A stretch of DNA of 32,000 nucleotides from Cupriavidus necator (GTDB lineage Bacteria > Pseudomonadota > Gammaproteobacteria > Burkholderiales > Burkholderiaceae), in the NCBI RefSeq assembly GCF_016127575.1, contig NZ_CP066018.1, forward strand, positions 510,001-542,000, read 5' to 3'. Each line of letters begins with the position of its first letter. Positions within the stretch are counted from its first letter, which is position 1. The notes under the pieces were generated by a model that worked only from the letters and a program-made list of their open reading frames with translations, was not told the origin of the DNA and ran no database searches. Shown here one piece after another: positions 1 to 12,097 of this stretch. The position numbers and the translations under genes were made by a program.

Positions 1-38
1 TTTCCTGCCAGCGCGCGACTGGGCCTGACGCCTGACCT

Positions 39-773
39 ATGGCCAATCCAGCGCAACACCGCAAGCCCGCCGCCGACGCGGGAGAACCGCCGCAACCGTC
101 CGCCCGCCCCTATCGCCTGGGTATCCTGGGCGGCACATTTGATCCTCCCCACGTCGGCCACCTGGCACTGGCGCGGCTGTGCATCGAACACCTTGGGCTG
201 GATGAGCTGGTGTGGATACCCACCGGCCAGTCGTGGCAAAAAGGCGACGACGTGACCCCTGCCGCCGACCGCCTGGCCATGACCGAACTGGCCGCCGCGG
301 CGCTTAGCGACAGCGGCGCCAGAGTCCGCGTGAGCCGCATGGAAGTGGACCGCGCCGGCCCCAGCTACACCATCGACACGGTACGCCAGCTGCGCGCCGA
401 ATACGGCCCCGAAGCCTCGCTGTGCTGGCTGATGGGCGCCGACCAGCTGCTGCGCCTGCACACCTGGCACGGCTGGCAGGCACTGTTCGAACACGTGCAC
501 CTGTGCACCGCCACGCGGCCGCGCTTTGAGCTGGCGGCACTGGAGGGTCCGGTGCTGGCGGCACTGGCCGAACGCCAGGCTGACACGCACCTGATACAAT
601 GCACGCCCTCCGGCCGGATGTGGATCGACCAGACGCTCGCCGTCGACCTGTCTTCCACCCACCTGCGCCAGCGGCTGGCAGCCGGCCAGCCGGCAGATGA
701 CCAACTGCCGCCCGGCGTGGCACACTACATTGCCAACCACGGGCTGTACCGCGACGCCCCGGCCAGGGCATGA
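39..773 (+). CDS. nadD: nicotinate-nucleotide adenylyltransferase
   Basis: 244-aa ORF. GILGGTFDPPHVGHLALA matches the HxGH nucleotidyltransferase motif of NadD. It is followed by the conserved rsfS-rlmH neighbours. Confidence 0.9.
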   Translation: MANPAQHRKPAADAGEPPQPSARPYRLGILGGTFDPPHVGHLALARLCIEHLGLDELVWIPTGQSWQKGDDVTPAADRLAMTELAAAALSDSGARVRVSRMEVDRAGPSYTIDTVRQLRAEYGPEASLCWLMGADQLLRLHTWHGWQALFEHVHLCTATRPRFELAALEGPVLAALAERQADTHLIQCTPSGRMWIDQTLAVDLSSTHLRQRLAAGQPADDQLPPGVAHYIANHGLYRDAPARA

Positions 774-834
774 CCGGGGTTGCACCAGTCCCGGCGCCCA
801 CCCCCAACCGATCTCAGCTGAACAAGAAGACACC

Positions 835-1572
835 ATGGATATTCGTAAACTGCAACGCGCCATCGTCGACGGCCTCGAGGATGTCAAAGCGCAGGACATC
901 AAGGTGTACGACACCAGCCACCTGACTGAACTGTTCGACCGGGTGGTGATTGCCAGCGGGACATCCAACCGCCAGACCAAGGCGCTGGCAGCGTCGGTGC
1001 GGGATACGGTGAAGGGAGCCGGCGGCCATATCGTGGCGGTCGAGGGCCTGGAAACCGGCGAATGGGTGCTGGTCGACTGCGGCGACGCCGTGGTCCACAT
1101 CCTGCAGCCGCAGTTGCGCCTGTACTACAACCTGGAAGAGATCTGGGGCGACAAGCCGGTGCGCATGAAGCTGGCCGCCGGCGGCCGCGGCCTGGCCAAG
1201 GCCAGCGAGCCGATGGACGAGGACGAGGACGAGGCCCCGGTGCGCACCGTGCGCCGCGCCAGCAACTTGCGCCCCGCGCTGGCCCGCCTGCCCGAAGGCA
1301 TGAAGGAGCCGTCGCCGCCGATGGGCCATGAGGACACCGACGCGGACGCCATCGCCACCATCCGCAAGCCGGCCCGCAAGACCGCCACCAAGACGGCAGC
1401 GACCAAGACCGCCGGCACCCGCGCCGCGGCGCCGCGCAAGACCGCTGCCGGCACCACCGCGCGCAAGACTGCAACCAAGACCGCGGCCAAGAAGGCCCCG
1501 AGCAAGACCGCTGCCAGCAAGAGCGCAGCAGCCAAGCCGGCCGCGCGCAAGCGCACCACCCGCTCGGCCTGA
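835..1572 (+). CDS. rsfS: ribosomal silencing factor RsfS (iojap family) with a long low-complexity C-terminal extension
   Basis: ATG at 835 within the 697..1572 ORF. The core MDIRKLQRAIVDGLEDVKAQDIKVYD...VVIASGTSNRQTKALA...WVLVDCGDAVVHILQPQLRLYYNLEEIWG is RsfS-like. The remainder is an acidic patch followed by a K/A/T/P-rich tail. Confidence 0.85.
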   Translation: MDIRKLQRAIVDGLEDVKAQDIKVYDTSHLTELFDRVVIASGTSNRQTKALAASVRDTVKGAGGHIVAVEGLETGEWVLVDCGDAVVHILQPQLRLYYNLEEIWGDKPVRMKLAAGGRGLAKASEPMDEDEDEAPVRTVRRASNLRPALARLPEGMKEPSPPMGHEDTDADAIATIRKPARKTATKTAATKTAGTRAAAPRKTAAGTTARKTATKTAAKKAPSKTAASKSAAAKPAARKRTTRSA

Positions 1573-1625
1573 GTCCCGGCGCGCGGCCGCCCGGTGGCCG
1601 CGCAGCATGACCCATCCCCTGCCCC

Positions 1626-2105
1626 ATGCAACTGGTGATCGTGGCCGTCGGCCACAAGATGCCCGGCTGGATCGAAACCGGCTTCAGCGAGTACGCCAAG
1701 CGCATGCCGCCCGAGCTGCGCATCGAACTGCGCGAGGTCAAGCCCGAAACCCGCTCGTCCAGCAACAACGCCGCCACCGTGATGCAGCGCGAAGCCGCGC
1801 GCATCGAGGCGGTGCTGGGCTCGCTGTCGAAGCAATGCCGCATCGTCGCGCTGGATGAGCGCGGACGCGACTTCACCACCGTGCAACTGGCCGCGCAGCT
1901 GACCGACTGGCAGCGCGAGGGCGGCGACGTGGCCTTCCTGATCGGCGGCGCCGACGGGCTCGACCCCGCCCTGAAAGCCCGCGCCAGCACCCTGATCCGG
2001 CTGTCCAGCCTGACCCTGCCGCACGGCATGGTGCGCGTGCTGCTGGCCGAGCAGCTGTACCGCGCCTGGTCCGTCACACAGAACCACCCCTATCATCGGG
2101 CCTGA
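1626..2105 (+). CDS. rlmH: 23S rRNA (pseudouridine1915-N3)-methyltransferase
   Basis: 159-aa ORF of SPOUT type, [27 protein letters not shown]...FLIGGADGL...[25 protein letters not shown]. Position after rsfS is canonical. Confidence 0.9.
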   Translation: MQLVIVAVGHKMPGWIETGFSEYAKRMPPELRIELREVKPETRSSSNNAATVMQREAARIEAVLGSLSKQCRIVALDERGRDFTTVQLAAQLTDWQREGGDVAFLIGGADGLDPALKARASTLIRLSSLTLPHGMVRVLLAEQLYRAWSVTQNHPYHRA

Positions 2106-2138
2106 TCCCGGCTGTCGCCGGAAGGCCCCTCCGCCGCG

Positions 2139-2753
2139 ATGCCCGACACCCTGCACGACTATCTTTACCTCGCCTCGCAGAGCCCGCGCCGCCGCGAGCT
2201 GCTGACCCAGCTCGGCGTGCGCTACGAACTGCTGCTGGCCGATGACGACGAGGATGCCGAAGCGCTCGAGGCCGTCCAGCCCGGCGAGACCCCCGACGAC
2301 TACGTCCAGCGCGTCTGCGCGCTGAAGGCCGAAGCTGCGCTGCGCCGTCGCGAACGCCGCGCGCTGCCCGATGCGCCGGTGCTGACCTCCGACACCACGG
2401 TCTGCCTGGGCGGCCGCATCCTGGGCAAACCCGCCGACGGCGCCGATGCCGCGGCCATGCTGGGCGCGCTCTCGGGCGGCACCCACCGCGTCCTGACCGC
2501 TGTGACGATCGTGTCGACCACGGGCATGCGGCATGCGCTGTCGATCTCAGAAGTCACCTTCCGCCCGATGCAGCCCGCCGAGATCGAACGCTACGTCGCC
2601 AGCGGCGAGCCGCTCGGCAAGGCCGGTGCCTACGGCATCCAGGGCCGGGCGGCCGAGTTCGTCGAGCGGATCAGTGGCAGCTATTCAGGTATCATGGGCT
2701 TGCCCTTGTTTGAGACGGCGGCGTTACTTCGCCAGGCCCGCCTGCAGTTCTGA
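2139..2753 (+). CDS. maf: Maf-like nucleoside triphosphate pyrophosphatase
   Basis: 204-aa ORF with [22 protein letters not shown] and [10 protein letters not shown] motifs typical of the Maf/YhdE family. Confidence 0.85.
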   Translation: MPDTLHDYLYLASQSPRRRELLTQLGVRYELLLADDDEDAEALEAVQPGETPDDYVQRVCALKAEAALRRRERRALPDAPVLTSDTTVCLGGRILGKPADGADAAAMLGALSGGTHRVLTAVTIVSTTGMRHALSISEVTFRPMQPAEIERYVASGEPLGKAGAYGIQGRAAEFVERISGSYSGIMGLPLFETAALLRQARLQF

Positions 2754-2839
2754 GCAGCGCCCTCCGTGCCCAGACAAGACCCGGCCCAGCGCCGGGCCAC
2801 CCTATACAGCCGGGCCACCGGCGACGCGTTTCACCCGCT

Positions 2840-4306
<1,467 letters not shown>

Positions 4307-4325
4307 AGATGCCGGCGCAGGCATG

Positions 4326-4353
4326 GAAAGGCCCGCTCACTGGCGGGCCTTTC
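4326..4353. terminator. GC-rich hairpin between convergent genes (probable bidirectional terminator)
   Basis: GAAAGGCCCGC-tcactg-GCGGGCCTTTC, an 11-bp perfect stem, lies between the rng stop (4306) and the stop of the minus-strand gene at 4369. There is no strong T-tract. Confidence 0.5.
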
Positions 4354-4368
4354 CGCATTCTGGCCGGA

Positions 4369-4683
4369 CTAGGGCCGGATCACGACTTGCGGACTCACCA
4401 CGAAGGCAGGTTCGGGCTGGTAATACACAGCCGGCGGCGGCTGGTACACGACCGGCCGGTCCTTGCACTTGCGCTCTTCCTTGTACTCGCCGTTGTCTTT
4501 CCACTTGCGCTTGATCTTGCAGTTGCCGACCCAGAACTCTTCCTTGTAGTCGCCGCCCTTGTGCCGGCGCGCGTAGCGGTGATCATCATCGTCGTCCCAG
4601 TCGTCATCGGCATGGGCGGCGGCGGGGAGGGTGCCAAGGAGCACGGGCAATACGATGAGGGCAACAAGGGCGCGGGGCTTCAT
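4369..4683 (-). CDS. small secreted hypothetical protein (acidic run, Pro/Tyr-rich C-terminus)
   Basis: Internal ATG at 4683 gives MKPRALVALIVLPVLLGTLPAAAHA, a clear signal peptide, then DDDWDDDDDHRY...KEEFWVGNCKIKRKWKDNGEYKEERKCKDRP. The longer 215-aa upstream extension looks non-coding. Confidence 0.55.
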   Translation of the reverse strand: MKPRALVALIVLPVLLGTLPAAAHADDDWDDDDDHRYARRHKGGDYKEEFWVGNCKIKRKWKDNGEYKEERKCKDRPVVYQPPPAVYYQPEPAFVVSPQVVIRP

Positions 4684-4952
4684 TTTGGCGGCGGCGAGCG
4701 ATGGTTGAGAAAGGCTAGCACGCCGTGTTCCGCATCTGTGTATCAAGCTGTTTACGAACGTAACTGCGCTGCAGCGCCTGCGCGTGTCCGCTAGCGTCCG
4801 TCTCCTTACGGACTCGGTGATGGTCCTACTCCAATTCCGTTTGCCATCCGCTATAACTAAGCCAAGGTAGTCAGCGGCATCCGCACGGATGCCGCGCCCG
4901 GCTTGCCGCCCCGATGCGGGGCGCGGCCCGGTCGGCAAGCAAGGAGTCCGGC

Positions 4953-5465
4953 ATGAACGCCACGAACCATGGGACCTGTCTGCTGGCCCTTCTGTTGTCG
5001 GTGGCGTGCGCGCCATTGCCGATTGTCAAGCGCGCCCCCGCACCGCCGCCCGAGGCGAAGGGCGAAGCAATCGCCGCCGCGCCCAAGGAGCGCGCCACCC
5101 CGATCGCGAACAAGACCATCAACATTGCCGCCGCCTGCAAGCGCACCGAGGAAGACGGCTTCCGCGAAGACGCGCTGATGGACGTCAAGGCCAACGAGGT
5201 GCGTGCGCTCAAGTGGAAGCTATGGGTATCGCGGCGCGGCAGTTGCGAATTCAACCTGGCCGAGTTCCGCCAGGTCCGCGCGACCCCGCACATCGAACTG
5301 CAGGCCATCGACGGCAGCCAGTGCAAGCTGCTGGTGTGGCAGGATCCGCGCCGCGTGACGCTGGCCCATAACCGCTGCGAGAAGCACTGCACGCCCGGCA
5401 TCTACGAGCAGGCGTGGCCGGTGCTGTTCGACCCAAAGAGCGGTGCCTGCGCCGAGGTGCGCTGA
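4953..5465 (+). CDS. secreted or lipoprotein-like hypothetical protein
   Basis: ATG at 4953 is preceded by AAGGAG (4941-4946). The N-terminus MNATNHGTCLLALLLSVAC is signal-peptide-like with a weak lipobox. No family recognised. Confidence 0.6.
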   Translation: MNATNHGTCLLALLLSVACAPLPIVKRAPAPPPEAKGEAIAAAPKERATPIANKTINIAAACKRTEEDGFREDALMDVKANEVRALKWKLWVSRRGSCEFNLAEFRQVRATPHIELQAIDGSQCKLLVWQDPRRVTLAHNRCEKHCTPGIYEQAWPVLFDPKSGACAEVR

Positions 5466-5477
5466 GCCGCTGCGGCA

Positions 5478-6068
5478 TTACTTCGCTTTCGGCACCCGGC
5501 CCATCAGGTAGAACTCGTCGTTCGGGCGCATGCTGACGGTGTTGGCCATCCGGTTCGACAAGCCGAAGAACGCCGTGATCGCGGCAATATCCCAGGCATC
5601 CTCCTCGGAAAAACCGTGCTCGCGCAGCGCAGCAAAGTCGGCATCGCCCACTTCATGCGACGCCTTGCACACCTTCATCGCGAAGTCTAGCATCGCGCGC
5701 TGGCGCTGCGGAATATCCGCCTTCAGGTAGTTCACCGCCACCTGGTCCGCCACCAGTGGCTTCTTCTCATAGATGCGCAGGATCGCGCCATGCGCCACCA
5801 CGCAGTACAGGCACTGGTTGGCACCGGAAGTCGCCACCACGATCATCTCGCGCTCGCCCTTGGTCAGGCCGCCCTCCTTGAGCATGAGCGCGTCGTGGTA
5901 GGCGAAGAACGCGCGGAACTCGTCGGGACGGTGCGCCAGCGCCAGGAAGACGTTGGGGACGAAGCCGGCTTTTTCCTGGACTTCCAGGATGCGGGCGCGG
6001 ATGTCGTCGGGGAGGTCGGTCAGCGCGGGAACGGGGTAGCGGCTGATGGCGAATGCCGGGTCGGACAT
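5478..6068 (-). CDS. carboxymuconolactone decarboxylase / AhpD-like peroxidase-related protein
   Basis: ATG at 6068 (MSDPAFAISRYPVP...). The CLYCVVAHG CxxC-H motif and overall helical pattern are typical of the AhpD-core/CMD family. Confidence 0.75.
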   Translation of the reverse strand: MSDPAFAISRYPVPALTDLPDDIRARILEVQEKAGFVPNVFLALAHRPDEFRAFFAYHDALMLKEGGLTKGEREMIVVATSGANQCLYCVVAHGAILRIYEKKPLVADQVAVNYLKADIPQRQRAMLDFAMKVCKASHEVGDADFAALREHGFSEEDAWDIAAITAFFGLSNRMANTVSMRPNDEFYLMGRVPKAK

Positions 6069-6248
6069 GGTGGTCTCCTGTTGGATAGGCGTCATCGATC
6101 GTGAGCTTCTGATGCAGATACTAACGGATCGGCATGGGTGTGGCGGGCGCCATGTCGCCCATGCATCGCACGGACACATGTCCCCTGCATAAGGCATACT
6201 ACGCACCTTCCGAACCAGGCAGGCATACTGCCCACCATACTGTTCCTG

Positions 6249-7235
6249 ATGAAACGTATTCTCATCGTCAAGCTGACCTCTCTCGGCGACATGGTGTTCA
6301 CCCAGCCGCTGGTCGCGGACCTGCAGCGGGCCTTTCCCGGCGTCAAGATCGACTGGATCGCCGACTCATATTGCGCCGACGTGCCGCGCTGGAATCCGAA
6401 TATCGAGCGTGTGATTTCCGCGCCGCTGCGCGGCTTCAAGAAATCGCGCAATTGGGCTGGCTTGCGTGCGATCTTCAGCGCGCTGCGTGAACTGCGTCGC
6501 GAGAAGTACGATGCGGTGCTGGACGTCCACGGCGTCTACAAGAGCGCCATCGTGACGTTCCTGGCACGCACGCGCAATCGCTATGGCTACCCCGTGGCAG
6601 AGTTGGGCGAGAGCGGCGCTCGCTTCGCCTACAACCATGTGTTCCAGCCATTTGTCGAAGAAGATTGCGCGCGGCAGCGGATGCGCCGCGCCGTCAGCCG
6701 CGCCCTGGGCTATGAGCTGACCAGGGACATGGACTACGGCCTGGAGATGCCAGCAGACACGCCGGCGCCGGCCGCCAAGGGTCCGTACGCGATGCTGTTC
6801 CATGCCACCTCGAGCGAGGAAAAGAAGTGGCCGGTCGCCGACTGGATCAGCGTGGGCAGCGCGATCTCGGCGCGCGGGCTGCGCGTGCTGGTGCCCTGGG
6901 GCAACGACGCGGAGCGCAAGGAAGCCGAAACCATCGCCGCCAGCGTGCCCAACGCCGAAGTGATGCCACGCCTGAGCATCACCGGTGTGGCGCAGATGGT
7001 AGGCAAGGCATCGCTGGTGGTTGGCATGGACACCGGCTTCGTGCATATCGCCGATGCGCTGCGCCGCCCGACCGTGATCCTGTTCACGACCACGTCGCGC
7101 CACCTGTACGGCGTCGATGCGCCGGGCCGCGTGGTCTCGCTGGGCGGCGGCGGCGTGGTGCCGCGGCGGGATCAGGTGCTGGCTGCCATCGATGAAGTGC
7201 TGGGCGTGCAGCCGCCCGTCACCTCGCCAAACTGA
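6249..7235 (+). CDS. waaC: lipopolysaccharide heptosyltransferase I (GT9)
   Basis: ATG at 6249 (MKRILIVKLTSLGDMVFTQP). From memory it aligns along its length with E. coli WaaC: LFHATSSEEKKWP, LVPWGNDAERKEAE, VGMDTGFVHIADAL. Confidence 0.85.
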   Translation: MKRILIVKLTSLGDMVFTQPLVADLQRAFPGVKIDWIADSYCADVPRWNPNIERVISAPLRGFKKSRNWAGLRAIFSALRELRREKYDAVLDVHGVYKSAIVTFLARTRNRYGYPVAELGESGARFAYNHVFQPFVEEDCARQRMRRAVSRALGYELTRDMDYGLEMPADTPAPAAKGPYAMLFHATSSEEKKWPVADWISVGSAISARGLRVLVPWGNDAERKEAETIAASVPNAEVMPRLSITGVAQMVGKASLVVGMDTGFVHIADALRRPTVILFTTTSRHLYGVDAPGRVVSLGGGGVVPRRDQVLAAIDEVLGVQPPVTSPN

Positions 7236-7246
7236 GCACGAAGGAA

Positions 7247-7282
7247 ACGACAAAGGCCGGCGCAAGCGCCGGCCTTTGTCGT
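7247..7282. terminator. long perfect hairpin between convergent waaC and msbA (bidirectional terminator)
   Basis: ACGACAAAGGCCGGCGC-aa-GCGCCGGCCTTTGTCGT, a 17-bp stem, sits exactly between the two stop codons (7235 and 7294). Confidence 0.65.
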
Positions 7283-7293
7283 TGGCAGGTCCG

Positions 7294-9075
7294 TTACCCT
7301 TGCTGCGTCGCGAACTGGATCCGGTGCAGCCCGGCGTACAGGCCGTTGGCCGCAAGCAACTGCGCGTGCGTGCCCTGCTCCGCCACGCGCCCGTGGTCCA
7401 GCACCGCGATGCGGTCAGCATTCTCGATGGTGGACAACCGGTGCGCAATCACCAGCGTGGTCCGGCCCTTCATCAGTTCCTCCAGCGCCGCCTGGACCTG
7501 GCGCTCGGACTCCGAATCCAGTGCCGAAGTCGCCTCGTCCAGGATCAGGATCGGCGCGTTCTTATACAGCGCCCGGGCAATCGCCAGCCGCTGGCGCTGA
7601 CCGCCGGACAGCTTCATGCCGTTGTCGCCAATATTGGTGTTCAGGCCCTCCGGCAGCCCCTTGACCGTTTCCGTCAGGTAAGCGGCCGCCAGCGCGCGCT
7701 CAACGCGGGCCATGTCGATCTCGCGGTCGGATTGCGCGCCATATGCCACATTGGCGGCGACGGTGTCGTTGAACAGCACCACGTCCTGGCTGACGAAGGC
7801 AATCTGGTTGCGCAGGTCCTTCAGCGACAACTCGGTCAGCGGCGTGCCATCCAGCAGGATGCGCCCGCCAGTCGGGTCGAAGAAGCGCGGCACCAGGTTG
7901 ACCAGCGTGGTCTTGCCGCTTCCCGACGGGCCCACCAGCGCCACCACTTCGCCCGGACTGACGCGCAGGTCAATGCCCTCCAGCGCGGCGCGCGATGCTT
8001 CACCGTAGCGGAAGCCGACTTGCTCGAAGGCCAGCTCGCCACGGGCACGACCCAGCATCTTGCCACCGTCCTGCGGCTCGATCGGCTCATCGATCAGCCG
8101 GAAGATCATCTCGGCTGCGGTGATGCCGCGTGTCAGCGGCTGGTTGATGTCGGTCAGGTGCTTGAGCGGCGAGATCAGCAGCAGCATCGCCATCACAAAG
8201 CCGGTAAAACCGCCCACCGTGGTCTGGTTGGCCTGCGCCTGCACCATCGCAATGGTGATGATCACCGACAGCGCCAGCGCGGCCAGGAAGGCCGTGACCG
8301 GCTGGTTCAACCCGCCGGCAACCGCCATGCGCATCGAGTAGTTCTTGAGCCGCTCGGCCACGGTGCGGAAGCGGCCCATCTCGTAGGCCTCGCCGCCGTG
8401 CAGCTTGACCACCTTGTAGCCGCCCACGGCCTCTTCCACGACATAGGCAGCGTTGTTGGTAAAAGCCTGGTGATCGCGGTTGAGCTTGCGCAGCCGGCGG
8501 TTGATCTTCGACATCAGGTAGCCGATCACCGGCAGGATCACCGCCACGATCAGCGTCAGGCGCCAGTTGGTATAGAACAGGTAGATCAGCAGCGCGACAA
8601 CCGTCAGCGAGTCCCGCACCAGCGTGATAAAGACGCTGGTCAGGATCTGCAGCACCTGGTTGACCTCGAAGATCACGGCGTTGATCAGCGAAGCCGCCGT
8701 GTTGCGGTGGAAGAACGACGCCGGCGCCTGCAGCAGGCGCTCGAACATCTGCAGGCGCATCTTCAGCAGCACGCGGTTCGAGATCAGGTTCAGCAGGTAG
8801 CCCGAGGCAAACTGCGCCACGCCGCGGATCAGGGCCACGCCGGTCAGGATGGCGGGGACATGCCACAGCGTGCCGGCGTAGTCGCCGCCGAAGCCCTTGT
8901 CGAGCAGGTCATTGACAACCTTGGGGATCACCCCTTCGCTGCCCGCAACCACGGCCATGGCGAGGATAGCGCCGATGAAGATGCGTAACTCGGGGCGCAG
9001 GTAAGACCAGAGCCGGCTGGCCATGCTGGACGGCACGGCGGCACCTGGCGAAATGGGCGGTTTGGATGTGGTCAC
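7294..9075 (-). CDS. msbA: lipid A export ABC transporter, fused permease/ATPase
   Basis: 593-aa ORF with an N-terminal six-helix TMD, Walker [10 protein letters not shown], signature LSGGQRQR and Walker [13 protein letters not shown]. The LPS-gene context supports MsbA. Confidence 0.9.
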   Translation of the reverse strand: MTTSKPPISPGAAVPSSMASRLWSYLRPELRIFIGAILAMAVVAGSEGVIPKVVNDLLDKGFGGDYAGTLWHVPAILTGVALIRGVAQFASGYLLNLISNRVLLKMRLQMFERLLQAPASFFHRNTAASLINAVIFEVNQVLQILTSVFITLVRDSLTVVALLIYLFYTNWRLTLIVAVILPVIGYLMSKINRRLRKLNRDHQAFTNNAAYVVEEAVGGYKVVKLHGGEAYEMGRFRTVAERLKNYSMRMAVAGGLNQPVTAFLAALALSVIITIAMVQAQANQTTVGGFTGFVMAMLLLISPLKHLTDINQPLTRGITAAEMIFRLIDEPIEPQDGGKMLGRARGELAFEQVGFRYGEASRAALEGIDLRVSPGEVVALVGPSGSGKTTLVNLVPRFFDPTGGRILLDGTPLTELSLKDLRNQIAFVSQDVVLFNDTVAANVAYGAQSDREIDMARVERALAAAYLTETVKGLPEGLNTNIGDNGMKLSGGQRQRLAIARALYKNAPILILDEATSALDSESERQVQAALEELMKGRTTLVIAHRLSTIENADRIAVLDHGRVAEQGTHAQLLAANGLYAGLHRIQFATQQG

Positions 9076-9115
9076 TGATATTTCTTGTGTGTGGAGGCGG
9101 CGTGCCGGCCCGGCG

Positions 9116-9889
9116 CTAGCCCGGCCGCTTCTGCCGGGCTACCCGAAGGAAGGGCCTGACGATGAGCTGGAACAGGAAGCGCTGATAGACGTAGCGGCGC
9201 AGATAATAGCCGATGCTGCGCTGAGCCTTGTCGGTGGCGTCCAGGTCGGCGCGATGCGTTTCGAGCGACGAGGTCTCGGCCAGCTCGGTCAGGCCGATGC
9301 AATATGGCACCACCGCACTGACCGACACCAGGCCCTGCTTTTCGAAGGCCGACCAGTAGTCGGCCGCGCACCACATCGGCTGCAAGCCCGCCAGCAGCCG
9401 TCGCGCTGCGGCACGCGTCACCACGTAGCCGTGCGCGCGCCACCATTCGCCGTAGCGCCTGACCAGGCGTCGTTCACCGCCGAGCCTGCGGGCACCCCAG
9501 CGGGTGTACTTGTCGACATGGGACAGCAGCACTACCTCGGCCCGGTCCGGATCCAGGCGCGACTCCAGGTCGGCCAGCACGGTTGCCAGGTCGGGGCCAG
9601 GCGAAGCATCGTCCTCCAGCACCAGCGCAAAGGCGGCGCCGTCGTCGAGCATCTTGCGGTATACACCGAGGTGGCTCAACCCGCACCCGACCTCGCCCCG
9701 GCTCATTGGCCGGTAGCGCGCGGCGGCGGCCGCGGCATCGTACTTGCTGGCCACTTCCTGCTCCGCCAGCACGCGGCCATCCACGGCCCGGAACACCTGG
9801 AACGGGATGCCAAGGCCCGCCAGCTGGCCGGAAATGCGCTCCCGGCGTTCCCGCGCGGAGTCGAGATTGATGACGTAGGCGCCGATCAT
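9116..9889 (-). CDS. glycosyltransferase family 25 (LPS/LOS core biosynthesis)
   Basis: ATG at 9889 ([38 protein letters not shown]...[10 protein letters not shown]...ALVLEDD) is a typical GT25 N-terminal pattern. Confidence 0.8.
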   Translation of the reverse strand: MIGAYVINLDSARERRERISGQLAGLGIPFQVFRAVDGRVLAEQEVASKYDAAAAAARYRPMSRGEVGCGLSHLGVYRKMLDDGAAFALVLEDDASPGPDLATVLADLESRLDPDRAEVVLLSHVDKYTRWGARRLGGERRLVRRYGEWWRAHGYVVTRAAARRLLAGLQPMWCAADYWSAFEKQGLVSVSAVVPYCIGLTELAETSSLETHRADLDATDKAQRSIGYYLRRYVYQRFLFQLIVRPFLRVARQKRPG

Positions 9890-10188
9890 GCGGCCAGCAC
9901 CAGTGTGTCCAGTCTTGCCCAGATTGCAGCGGGCAACTGAGAGACCAATGCTGCACGCGCAGGCAGAAGGAAGACTTCTTCCATCCCGGCGGAACGGAAC
10001 AATTGTGCTCGTATCATCAATTTGAGTTTCAGGGAGCGGCCCGCTAGCCGACTCGATGGCATCAGGGTGCGCGGAGGGCGCCATGCGCCAGTGCGGTAGA
10101 ATACGCGGTCTCGATCCAGCGCCTGGCGCCGTGGGCGACTCCGGCGGCCCGTCGGTCTTGTCCGACCTGCGTGCCTCCCCTATGTTCC

Positions 10189-10968
10189 ATGAGAGTCTCG
10201 GCCGTCATCATTACTAGGAATGAAGCTCACAATATCGGGCCATGCCTCGAAAGCGTGTCCTGGTGCGAAGAGGCGATTATAGTGGATTGGGCCAGCACGG
10301 ATGACACTGTGGCGATTGCGCGTGCCGCCGGCGCCACCGTCATCCAGACCGACGACTGGCCTGGCTTCGGCCCGCAGAAGAACCGCGCGGTTGACGCCGC
10401 CACGGGCGACTGGATCCTGAGTCTCGACGCCGACGAACGTGTCACGCCCGCCCTGCGCGACGAGATCCTGGGCCATCTGAAGCGGTCCGACGCCCACGCG
10501 CTTGCGCTGCCGCGCCTGTCAGCGTTCTGCGGCACCTTCGTGCGCCACGCCGGCTGGTACCCGGACTATGTGACCCGCGTCTTCCGCAAGGGCCGCGGCC
10601 GCTTCACGGATGACCTGGTCCACGAACACCTGAAAGTGGACGACCCGGTCACCCATCTGCGCGAGCCGCTGATCCATTACAGCTACCGCACATTGTCGGA
10701 CGTGCTGCGCAAGATCGACAGCTACTCCAGCGCAGGCGCGCAGCAGGCCTACGCGCGGGGCAAGCGTAGTTCGGTGGCGTCCGCCGCGGGCCACGGCCTG
10801 TGGGCCTTCATCCGGACCTACCTGCTCAAGCGCGGCTTCCTGGACGGCAGCGCAGGCTTCGGCGTGGCGCTGATGAATGCGCAGGCAAGCTACTACAAGT
10901 ACGCCAAGCTGGCGCAGTTGCAGGCCGACACCGATCTCAAGGCAGCCGCCCCTGAGGTCACCCGTTGA
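10189..10968 (+). CDS. glycosyltransferase family 2 (LPS core, WaaE/KdtX-like)
   Basis: ATG at 10189 (MRVSAVIITRNEAHNIGPCLESV...). It has a DxD-type SLDADE motif and lies in LPS cluster context. Confidence 0.8.
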   Translation: MRVSAVIITRNEAHNIGPCLESVSWCEEAIIVDWASTDDTVAIARAAGATVIQTDDWPGFGPQKNRAVDAATGDWILSLDADERVTPALRDEILGHLKRSDAHALALPRLSAFCGTFVRHAGWYPDYVTRVFRKGRGRFTDDLVHEHLKVDDPVTHLREPLIHYSYRTLSDVLRKIDSYSSAGAQQAYARGKRSSVASAAGHGLWAFIRTYLLKRGFLDGSAGFGVALMNAQASYYKYAKLAQLQADTDLKAAAPEVTR

Positions 10969-11004
10969 GGCGCCGGCCGCCCCTCCCCTTTATTCCATGC
11001 ATCG

Positions 11005-12078
11005 ATGAAAGTTGGCATCTCCTGCAATCGCTTCGGCGCTGGCGGCGGCCTGGAACGCTATGCGCTCGACATCAGCCGGGCCATGGCAGGCCGCGCCGGC
11101 ACCGAGGTGTCGGTCTACGCGCGCCGCTTCGACGCCGGCGTGGCAGAGTCGGCCGGCATTGTCCCGCACCGGATCGTGGTGTCGTGGCTGCCCGGCAAGC
11201 TGCGCGACCGCTACTTCTCGTGGCGGCTGCAAGCGCGCCGTCCCGCGGACGAAGTGCTGATCGGCTGCAACCGCGTGCGCGGCTCCGATATCGCCATCTG
11301 CGGCGGCACCCATCGCGGCTATCTCGGCGCGCGCGGCACGACAGCGCGCCGCTCCGACCAGTGGCAGATCGACCTGGAGAGTGCGCAGTATGCTGGCGCG
11401 CACCGCGTGGTGGCACATTCGGCGCTGATGCGCCGCGAGGTGATCGAGCTGTACGGGATGCCGCCGGACCGCGTGGAACTGATCTACCCGCCGGTCGACA
11501 CGCAGCGCTTCACGCCGGTCGACGCCGACGCGCGCGCCGCGTTGCGCCGTGAGTTCGGTTTCGGTGACGATGAGGTCGTATTCCTGTTCCCGTCTTCGGG
11601 CCATGCCCGCAAGGGTTTCGACCTGCTTGCCGACTATTTCTCCAAATCGGACCTGCCGATCACGCTTGCCGTGGCCGGCCGTCCGGTCGGGCGCACCATC
11701 CCGCGGGTACGGGAACTGGGCTACAGCAGCCGCATCGACGCGCTCTACCGCGCCGCGGACTTCACCATCCTGGCGTCGGGCTATGAACCGTTCGGACTGG
11801 TCGGCGTGGAATCGGTGCTGTGCGGCACACCGCTGGTCTTTGCCGACAATATTGCCTGCCTGGAGGTGATCCGGCCGCAGGCGGTGCATGCCTTCGCACG
11901 CGATCGCGCCGAGACGCTCGACCGCGCGATTCACGCCGCGGTCGACGCGGCACGCAGCGGCCAGGGCCGGCTGGCGAATCCGATGGCGATGCTCAACTAC
12001 GATCCGGGCATCGAGGCCCACGTCGACGCGCTGCTAGCACTGGCGGCCAGCGCGCGCGCCGCCCGGCAGGCGGCCTGA
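11005..12078 (+). CDS. glycosyltransferase family 4 (GT-B, group 1)
   Basis: 357-aa ORF whose C-terminal ASGYEPFGLVGVESVLCGTPLV matches the EX7E motif of GT4 enzymes. Confidence 0.8.
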   Translation: MKVGISCNRFGAGGGLERYALDISRAMAGRAGTEVSVYARRFDAGVAESAGIVPHRIVVSWLPGKLRDRYFSWRLQARRPADEVLIGCNRVRGSDIAICGGTHRGYLGARGTTARRSDQWQIDLESAQYAGAHRVVAHSALMRREVIELYGMPPDRVELIYPPVDTQRFTPVDADARAALRREFGFGDDEVVFLFPSSGHARKGFDLLADYFSKSDLPITLAVAGRPVGRTIPRVRELGYSSRIDALYRAADFTILASGYEPFGLVGVESVLCGTPLVFADNIACLEVIRPQAVHAFARDRAETLDRAIHAAVDAARSGQGRLANPMAMLNYDPGIEAHVDALLALAASARAARQAA

Positions 12079-12097
12079 GACCGCCGCTGCCGTCGGC

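Noticed and set aside
697-834. N-terminal extensions in the ORF track (for example 697..834 before rsfS, 6138..6248 before waaC, 15704..15817 before trhO, 17906..18133 before rplS)
   Set aside because: The conserved protein sequences begin at internal ATGs. The extensions overlap upstream genes or translate as Pro/Arg/Cys-rich noise.
7117-8988. 623-aa plus-strand ORF opposite msbA, and 899..2534 / 2831..4324 minus-strand ORFs opposite rsfS-rlmH-maf and rng
   Set aside because: All of them are antisense to genes with clear family signatures, and their composition is non-protein-like.
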